Source: a virus. Taken from it: a stretch of 64,000 nucleotides of DNA. Of this stretch, positions 57,930 to 64,000 are shown piece by piece. The stretch is from positions 32,001 through 96,000 of IMG/VR virus record IMGVR_UViG_3300047160_006886; one strand, written 5' to 3'. Below the pieces are notes generated by a model, which searched no databases, was not told the origin of the DNA, and saw nothing but the letters and a program-made list of their open reading frames with translations. The stretch's first letter is position 1; each line of letters opens with the position of its first letter. The position numbers and the translations under genes were made by a program.

Positions 57930-58343
57930 TCAGTACGCCTTCCCGTGCTTGTGCGGTCGGGTCCGGTTGTACTCCATCTTGTCGAGGATGGCCCGGCCGA
58001 GATCGATCTCCATCTTACCGCAGAGGTCCATGATGCGGATCACGGCGTCAGCCAGTTCGATGGCGATGCCTTCGGGCTTCTCGCATGCGCCTTGGGTCCG
58101 AGTAGCGGACACGCGATTGCCGATCTTATCCGTCCACCACATCATTGCTTCTTGGCCGAACGGACCTGGATTCCTGTGAATCTCCAGAGCCTCCGACAAC
58201 TCGGAGTGAATGAGGGCGATCTTCTCGGCGAAGTTCCAGTTGTACTCCCACGGCCAGAAGCCCTTGCCGATGGCCCATGAGTGGATCTCGGAGCAAAGAG
58301 CGTTGATCGCTTCCACCATCCCGGTCTCGGTCACGCTATGCAT
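57930..58343 (-). CDS. MazG-like NTP pyrophosphatase
   Basis: KIALIHSELSEALE...ELADAVIRIMD...KMEYNRTRPHKHGK. Confidence 0.88.
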   Translation of the reverse strand: MHSVTETGMVEAINALCSEIHSWAIGKGFWPWEYNWNFAEKIALIHSELSEALEIHRNPGPFGQEAMMWWTDKIGNRVSATRTQGACEKPEGIAIELADAVIRIMDLCGKMEIDLGRAILDKMEYNRTRPHKHGKAY

Positions 58344-59454
58344 AATTCCTCCTCAGCTTCTCAATGTCGTCCGCCAGTCGCTTGCCGACCGCCCGGTAGT
58401 CGTAGAACTTCTTCGCTCTCTCGGCGAAGTGGTGCTGCCTCTCGTCATCCCAGGTCCGGTAGAGCTGCTTAATCAGTTCGGCGAAGTCGGTCAGGGGGAT
58501 GGTCGGAGCGACGCGGACGATGTTGCCGGTCCTGACGGCAGTTCCTCCGGCGGGAAGGGCGAACTCCTCCAGCAGCGGCTCCTCGATCTCCGGCATGACC
58601 TCGTCGGTCGGCAGGTCGGTGATGACGATGCAGCCGCAGGCAGTGCTCTCAACGATCTTCCGCAGGGCGTAACCGTAGATCGACGAGGTGCAGATGGAGA
58701 CCTTGTAGGCCGGCAGAGTGCCCAGGAACTCCGGGGTGTGCGTTCCTCGCATGTGGTAGCCGGGATGCTTGAGGGCCGTGCAGCCGGGGAACAGGGTATG
58801 ATGAGCGACCAGTCGTTGGCGGAGCGGATAGCAACCGGAGACGGCCCCGGAGAGCATCACCCAGTCCCGGCGGGGAATCTGGTTCCAGGGCCGGAGGAGG
58901 TTGGCGTCGAGCGAGTGCCAGGTGCGGACCAGGTGCTCCGGCCGGACATAAGGGGCGAGATGCTTGACCACCGAAGGGTGGTAGTAAACGATTAGTCCAT
59001 GACACCCGGCTCTTGCGATACTATCTCTATGATACTCAGGCCGCTGATGACTGTCCTTCAAAATTGTCGCTTTGAACACATCAGGACGCTTAGCTAGTTC
59101 GTCTGTACCGAAAAAATGTGCTGACTTATCTCGAAAGTCCCAAGGATTAAGATTCTGATCCCATTCGCGTTCATCTTGGAGTATTACAACGCCTGGAGTA
59201 GTTTGTTTAAGGATAGTAAGCACGACTGTCTCATCTACAGGCAATCGGCGTCCACAGAGTATATAACCCTGCTCTTGTAATCCCTGAAAAATCTGAAAGC
59301 CCTCATCTGACATATGCCTCTTCATGCTCTCCACAGCTAACCCGATTCGCGTTCTTCTGTCATCCATTGGTCCAGAGTAGGAAGGAGCAGGGAGGACTTC
59401 CATTCGCCTGTGCGGCAGGGCTGCTATCACGTCGTTTACGGTTCTGAGGTTCAT
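58336..59454 (-). CDS. GT-B-like glycosyltransferase (CgeB/Glyco_trans_1_2-like C-terminus)
   Basis: YPLRQ, HPGY, YKVSICTSSIYGYALRKIVE..ACGC. Confidence 0.65.
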   Translation of the reverse strand: MNLRTVNDVIAALPHRRMEVLPAPSYSGPMDDRRTRIGLAVESMKRHMSDEGFQIFQGLQEQGYILCGRRLPVDETVVLTILKQTTPGVVILQDEREWDQNLNPWDFRDKSAHFFGTDELAKRPDVFKATILKDSHQRPEYHRDSIARAGCHGLIVYYHPSVVKHLAPYVRPEHLVRTWHSLDANLLRPWNQIPRRDWVMLSGAVSGCYPLRQRLVAHHTLFPGCTALKHPGYHMRGTHTPEFLGTLPAYKVSICTSSIYGYALRKIVESTACGCIVITDLPTDEVMPEIEEPLLEEFALPAGGTAVRTGNIVRVAPTIPLTDFAELIKQLYRTWDDERQHHFAERAKKFYDYRAVGKRLADDIEKLRRNYA

Positions 59455-60131
59455 GAAACGTGTCTCCAGACCATCCGTCTCAGAAGCAAACTCATAACCG
59501 GGCCGGATATTCCAAACCGGCGAGCTAAAGCCCTCACTCCAGAACCAGGACCGCCTCTTGCGTGAATCACTCTAGCATCTTTGACATCCCTCTCAGTCAA
59601 TTTCGAGTTGTGATTTGCCTCGCCTCTTACGGGATTGACCCTACCCTTCTCTGCCGTGTCGTTACAGTTTTCTGCCTGCGTCCCAACAAAGAGGTGGTCG
59701 GGATTCACACACTTGCGATTGTCGCACTTGTGAAGCACGAACAACTCGGAAGGAATTGCTCCTCGATGGTGTTCCCATGAGTACCTGTGGGCTCTTTCAT
59801 TCTTGCCGCCCCCAACACAGAACACTCCGTAGCCATCTTTATAGAGTGACCCGGTCCACTCCCAGCACTCTCCTAGATGTGGCTGATGAGATGGTACACC
59901 GCCTTTCTTGTTCACTCGCCGCCAAAACCTGTTCTGGACTGTCTCCCTCTTAGGAGTAGGAGTCCCATGAGCCTTCCACCGACAATAGTGCATATCGCAC
60001 CAACCACGAGCAACAACGGGCCTTTCACAACCCGGAATAGTACAGGGACTTCCCAGAGGTCGCCTGGTTCCCTGCACAGCTCTAGTTGAGGATGCCTTCA
60101 AGGTACTCACTTGCCTTATCTGTCTTGTCAT
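59451..60131 (-). CDS. HNH homing endonuclease
   Basis: CWEWTG, GYG, AHRYSW, HKCDNRKCVNPDHL, C-terminal HTH. Confidence 0.9.
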   Translation of the reverse strand: MTRQIRQVSTLKASSTRAVQGTRRPLGSPCTIPGCERPVVARGWCDMHYCRWKAHGTPTPKRETVQNRFWRRVNKKGGVPSHQPHLGECWEWTGSLYKDGYGVFCVGGGKNERAHRYSWEHHRGAIPSELFVLHKCDNRKCVNPDHLFVGTQAENCNDTAEKGRVNPVRGEANHNSKLTERDVKDARVIHARGGPGSGVRALARRFGISGPVMSLLLRRMVWRHVS

Positions 60132-60279
60132 GGATGATCCGCCTCGCCCAAGCAGAGAGAGCATTGAGCTTGTCTCGCCTCTCCCTGCAACCGCACTTGA
60201 CCTTCAGCCACCGCTCGATCCTCTCGGTGGTGATGCCGACCTTGGTCAAAGCGGCTTCGATCACGTCTCCCAGTTCCAT
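60082..60279 (-). CDS. Small conserved phage protein
   Basis: LGD.IE...GI...CGCRERRDKLN. Confidence 0.65.
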   Translation of the reverse strand: MELGDVIEAALTKVGITTERIERWLKVKCGCRERRDKLNALSAWARRIIHDKTDKASEYLEGILN

Positions 60280-60282
60280 GAA

Positions 60283-60861
60283 TCATCCCCACTGTTCCGC
60301 CATTGCCTTGGCGATCCCTTCATAGGTGATGGAACGCAACCTCTCGCGCATTCCCTTCAGGTTTGGCATGGGGGGCATCCTGAAGACCCTCTGTTGTCGG
60401 ACTTCAACCACGTTCGTGGGTTCCAGTAACGGCAATCCCTTTAGCCACAAGCAGGTGCCCTTGCTCTCTGCATGCCCGTACTGCCAAGGGTGAATGATCT
60501 GGTCATACCTTCTGCCAATGCCTTTCAAAGCATATTTATGAGGGATCGGGTTCTCGACAACCACTCTCGGAGAGTTTGCATCGAGACATTGCTTGAAGAA
60601 CTCCACGGCCTTGTTCAGGCATTCCCACCTGTCCCTGTTCGAGCTTTTCAACCATCTCACTCCGGAGTTGCACAAGTAAGTGCATGGTGGATGAGCGATG
60701 ACCAAGTCCCAACGTTCGGTCAGCAAGGATCGCACATCTCCGCGAATGTGGTAGGTCTCATCCTCGCTCGCGAAAAAGTCACAGGACCAAGCATCATGCT
60801 TCAATACCCGAAAAGCGTTCCGTACTCGGCCAGAAAACTCGCAAGCCACCAAGACCTTCAT
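60283..60861 (-). CDS. Minimal C5-cytosine methyltransferase-like protein
   Basis: MKVLVACEFSG, IAHPPCTYL, VENP, TCLWLKGLP, RS.TY.GIA.AMAEQWG. Confidence 0.8.
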   Translation of the reverse strand: MKVLVACEFSGRVRNAFRVLKHDAWSCDFFASEDETYHIRGDVRSLLTERWDLVIAHPPCTYLCNSGVRWLKSSNRDRWECLNKAVEFFKQCLDANSPRVVVENPIPHKYALKGIGRRYDQIIHPWQYGHAESKGTCLWLKGLPLLEPTNVVEVRQQRVFRMPPMPNLKGMRERLRSITYEGIAKAMAEQWG

Positions 60862-61049
60862 ACATCGATCCCCATCTGACTGAGTCTGTCCCGCTCCCGA
60901 TTGATCAGCTCTTCTCTCTTGGCGTTGATCCTCTTGACCTCCGAGAGGGCCATCCGGATGGAATCCCCCGCCCGCTCGGGGTCTTCGAGTTCGAGGTGGT
61001 AGAGGGCGGCCCTCAGCCTGCCGACTAGGAATTGCTCCAGAGTAGTCAT
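60858..61049 (-). CDS. Hypothetical protein
   Basis: Paralogue of the 10654..11013 N-terminus. Confidence 0.6.
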   Translation of the reverse strand: MTTLEQFLVGRLRAALYHLELEDPERAGDSIRMALSEVKRINAKREELINRERDRLSQMGIDV

Positions 61050-61054
61050 GATCT

Positions 61055-61227
61055 TTATTCTAACCCCAGATCAGGAAAAACTCCGAAAGAAAAAATCCCG
61101 GTGAAGAACCGAGAAAGCAAATTTCATTTTATTCTATGCTAGAATAGGGTGGGATAGACTCTTTCTCTCTTCTTCTCTCTCTTCTTCTTTTAGTTAAAGT
61201 AAAGAGCAAATGCATCAAGCGAACATT
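61055..61227 (-). promoter_or_regulatory. AT-rich promoter block, second copy
   Basis: TAGAAT on minus strand near 61057-61062; attcta-tgc-tagaat palindrome. Confidence 0.5.
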
Positions 61228-62208
61228 TCAACCGCCGCCGATGCGGATCGCCGTCAGCTTGAGTCGCGGAGCGGTCCCGAAGCCGGCTGAGCCGTGGCCG
61301 TAGAAGAAGGTCGTGCCGTCGTGCTGAGCGACCAGGCGGTCCGAGTTGCCGTCGGGGTAGGTGATCAGCGCTTCGACGTCATTAAGGATCTCGACCTGCC
61401 CCGGTACCTCCGGGACGTGCCGACGGGTCGCTGTCATATCCTCGAAGATGCGGAGGTAGGAAGAGACCATACTGCCCGACATCAGCTGCCACTGGCCGAC
61501 GAACTTCCGCTTGCCGAGACCGCCGGTGATGGTCTGGGGATTGTCGCGAAGGAGCGATAGAGCGTCAAAACCCTCACCACGGAAACCCATCGCCTGCGGT
61601 TGAGGCGAGTGGCCGATGCCGGTGATGGCCGTCTCGACGCCGACGTGCTGCACCAGGGTCGGGTTGTGCACATACTCCTTCCAGCCGATCTTCTGATAGG
61701 CGGTGACGATTCCGCCGTCGAGAGCGGTCCTGGCTCGGTCGTCGGTCCGCTGCGGCTTAGCCCACATCGACTCAGCCGAGAGCAGCTTGCGGGCTGCCTC
61801 GTTCGAAAAGACCAGGGCGACCGCCCCGAAGCCGAGCTGGTTCGACTCGTGCCAGCCGACTCTCCGCCCGCCTTGAGTGTCGCAGAGCTTCTGGTTGTCG
61901 GGGAAGGTATAGAGGTTACAGTACCCGAGATGCGGATAGGGGATTGCTTCGAGGTAGTCCCGCAAGTTGCGATAGGTGACGAAGTCGTCCTGGAACATGG
62001 CAAAGCGGTCGGCGTTCGGATTGCGGAACCACAGTTCGGCGAAGGTGACGAACCAGTTGCCGACCGTGTAGAGCGGTGGGTTGTGGTCCTCGCCGTCGAT
62101 GGAGACGACGGGATCGGGGAAGCCGGCCCCCTTGATCGCCGCCAGCGTCTGCTGGAGCAGGTTATCCTTCCGCTTGACGCAACTCGTGACTCCGCAAGCC
62201 CATTTCAT
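61228..62208 (-). CDS. GT-A fold glycosyltransferase with extra C-terminal domain
   Basis: MFQDD, FGAVALVF, HNPTLVQHVG. Confidence 0.65.
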   Translation of the reverse strand: MKWACGVTSCVKRKDNLLQQTLAAIKGAGFPDPVVSIDGEDHNPPLYTVGNWFVTFAELWFRNPNADRFAMFQDDFVTYRNLRDYLEAIPYPHLGYCNLYTFPDNQKLCDTQGGRRVGWHESNQLGFGAVALVFSNEAARKLLSAESMWAKPQRTDDRARTALDGGIVTAYQKIGWKEYVHNPTLVQHVGVETAITGIGHSPQPQAMGFRGEGFDALSLLRDNPQTITGGLGKRKFVGQWQLMSGSMVSSYLRIFEDMTATRRHVPEVPGQVEILNDVEALITYPDGNSDRLVAQHDGTTFFYGHGSAGFGTAPRLKLTAIRIGGG

Positions 62209-63050
62209 TTTGGCAACGCCTCTCTGGTGACGGCGACGTAGTCCTGCCGCCAGTGCGGACGCAGTTCGTAAGTGCCGGCCTTGACCGGCAGCTTGCCGAC
62301 GTCACGGTAGTAGGCATCGTGAGGTCGGACGCTGGAGAGGTGGTGAGGTTGGACGCCCCAGCGGTAGATGTAAGCCCAGTCGGCGAAGGGCATCATTCTC
62401 TCCGGCTCGGTCCAGGGATACTTACCATCCCTCGGATCGAGGCAGCCGTTGGTCTTGCACTGCTCGATCAGCTTGCGGTCGAAGATGGAGTCCTGCGATC
62501 CAGACGTCGCCGGGTAGCCGCCGACCTTCTCCCACGCCGATCTCTTGAAGATGCCGGCGTGGTGGCGGATGCCGATGTTGTGTCGGTAGAAGATACCCCG
62601 GCCAGCAGGAGGCACCTCCCAGTAGATGACCTGCGGCGGCTTCCAGTAGTCGTCAAAATCGTCGAGCGGAGCATCTCCTCTTATAACGACCCACCGACCA
62701 TCCTTGCACGTCCATCTGTCGGAGGCATCAATCATCTTCACCGCCTGGCTGATCCGCCAGGGCAGCGAGATGTCATCATCCTCCCACGGACAGATCAGGT
62801 CGCCGCGAGAGACAGCAATGCCGTAGTTGTACTTCTCGCCAAGCGACGAGACCCTCGGCCACTTCATCTGGACCGTCACTCCGGAAGGCGGGATCAGTTC
62901 CTGACCGGGAGCATCGCTGAGCACGATTAGCTCTCTCCGGTCAGCCGGGTAGTCCTGGCGGAGAAAAGACTCGACAGCCTCCTCGACCAACCACTGGTAG
63001 TCGGGGCAGCGGTTGTAGGTAGGGCAGATGCAGGAGACGAAGGGCATCAT
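62205..63050 (-). CDS. GT2-family glycosyltransferase
   Basis: VSCICPTYNR, ESFLRQDY, WEDDD, VGGYP. Confidence 0.88.
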   Translation of the reverse strand: MMPFVSCICPTYNRCPDYQWLVEEAVESFLRQDYPADRRELIVLSDAPGQELIPPSGVTVQMKWPRVSSLGEKYNYGIAVSRGDLICPWEDDDISLPWRISQAVKMIDASDRWTCKDGRWVVIRGDAPLDDFDDYWKPPQVIYWEVPPAGRGIFYRHNIGIRHHAGIFKRSAWEKVGGYPATSGSQDSIFDRKLIEQCKTNGCLDPRDGKYPWTEPERMMPFADWAYIYRWGVQPHHLSSVRPHDAYYRDVGKLPVKAGTYELRPHWRQDYVAVTREALPK

Positions 63051-63228
63051 ATTCCACCTCCCAGTGAAGCAATGACTTCCTCTTCCTCTGTCGGCTCCGG
63101 TTTACAACTACGAGAACACTTCGGACACCAGCGAGTATCCTTCATGCTCTGCGGCCAGTCGCAGTCTGGTGGATACTTCCACGTCTCGCCGTCATCGCCC
63201 GTCCAACCGCAAATGACGCAGCGGTGTC

Positions 63229-63678
63229 TCACGGCTTCACTTCCCTCCTCTCGTCCCAGTAAGGCTCGCTGATCTCCTTCGGCACTCCGTGAGTGTCGAG
63301 CATGAAGTGAGTGAAGGCGTCGCGGTTCGAGAACTTCTTGATCGCCTTCTTGAGAAGCCTCGGCGACTTCTCCAACAGAGCCAAGAATTTGATCTCTTCC
63401 TTCCGGATCACGTCGGCCGGGTCGATGTCGTTCCTGATGTACCACTGCCTGATCCGTCCGGCTCCGGAGCAGAAGCAGTTGAGGATGTCGGCTCGCCGCC
63501 CATCGGTCTGCAGAAAACGGAGGGCGTCATGTTCACCGCCACACGGGCAGGGATATCGCAGAAATTTCTCTCCTGGAAGCGGTTCCACGTTGGGCTCCAG
63601 CCCGCTCTCCAAGACATGCGGCAAGGACTTCAAGTGGCCCAGCACCTTCCCTTCGATCTCGGTCAGAGCTTCGCTCAT
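63229..63678 (-). CDS. Protein with an alanyl-tRNA synthetase helical-domain fragment
   Basis: VIRKEEIKFLALLEK...DAFTHFMLDTHGVPKEI resembles AlaRS EE..F..TL...DAF.LYDTYGFP. Confidence 0.55.
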   Translation of the reverse strand: MSEALTEIEGKVLGHLKSLPHVLESGLEPNVEPLPGEKFLRYPCPCGGEHDALRFLQTDGRRADILNCFCSGAGRIRQWYIRNDIDPADVIRKEEIKFLALLEKSPRLLKKAIKKFSNRDAFTHFMLDTHGVPKEISEPYWDERREVKP

Positions 63679-63801
63679 GCCGGACTCCCTTCCCCGTTAG
63701 TACGAGCGACCGGAATGGCCGGTGGAGTCGGTGGGATTGATGGTGTTCGCGGTGCTCTCGCTCTTGCCATGTCTAGTCTCCTTCCAAGGATAAGGGTAAG
63801 A

Positions 63802-64000
63802 TCAGGACTTTCTCCAATAACAGGCCGACCAATCGACCTTGTGGATCTCGTCGTCGATGCCGCGCTGCCTGCGGTAGTCAGCCACGGCGGCGTGCGGTCC
63901 TTTGTGGCTGTAGAAGTCGTCGCAGATGATGAAACCACCCGGCGACAGCTTGGGATAAAGAGCGACCAGAGAGTCCATCGTGCTCTCGTACATGTCCCCG
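63802..64000 (-). CDS. TylF/MycF/NovP-family O-methyltransferase (partial, 5' end outside window)
   Basis: GDMYEST..L..LYPKLSPGGFIICDD...AVADYR...VDW...YWRK. Confidence 0.88.
   Translation of the reverse strand, partial: GDMYESTMDSLVALYPKLSPGGFIICDDFYSHKGPHAAVADYRRQRGIDDEIHKVDWSACYWRKS

Noticed and set aside
1-64000. Prophage boundaries, DGR/retron, or alternative genetic code
   Set aside because: No integrase, host housekeeping genes or reverse transcriptase are visible, and core genes translate intact with the standard code

Overview
This 64 kb, GC-rich window comes from a tailed dsDNA phage or prophage. I see no integrase, att site, tRNA or CRISPR array. The host is probably in Planctomycetota, inferred from the CsrA type and the Dda-helicase N-terminal domain. 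There are three blocks. (1) Minus strand, 1-35.3 kb: virion-like proteins, an insertion-laden DUF1073-type portal, an HK97-fold capsid-like gene, large and small terminase, DNA methylases, and a replication/recombination module (primase-helicase, family A polymerase, AAA ATPase, CsrA, PD-(D/E)xK nuclease, UDG, RuvC). (2) Plus-strand early region, 35.5-47.9 kb: it opens with a boxA-like element, a ~250-nt structured RNA and a complete twister ribozyme, and carries several repeated, covarying intergenic RNA motifs. (3) Minus strand, 48.2-64 kb: a glycan-tailoring gene set (4 glycosyltransferases, 4 SAM methyltransferases, 2 radical SAM enzymes) plus host-mimic domains (RNAP alpha-CTD, AlaRS fragment). 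The best leads are the ribozyme/RNA-motif control layer, stand-alone copies of a portal C-terminal segment, three zf-HC2 anti-sigma-like paralogues, a GAWTC-dense inverted-repeat element at the convergence point, and the glycosylation cluster. All family calls come from motif recognition by eye, not database searches.
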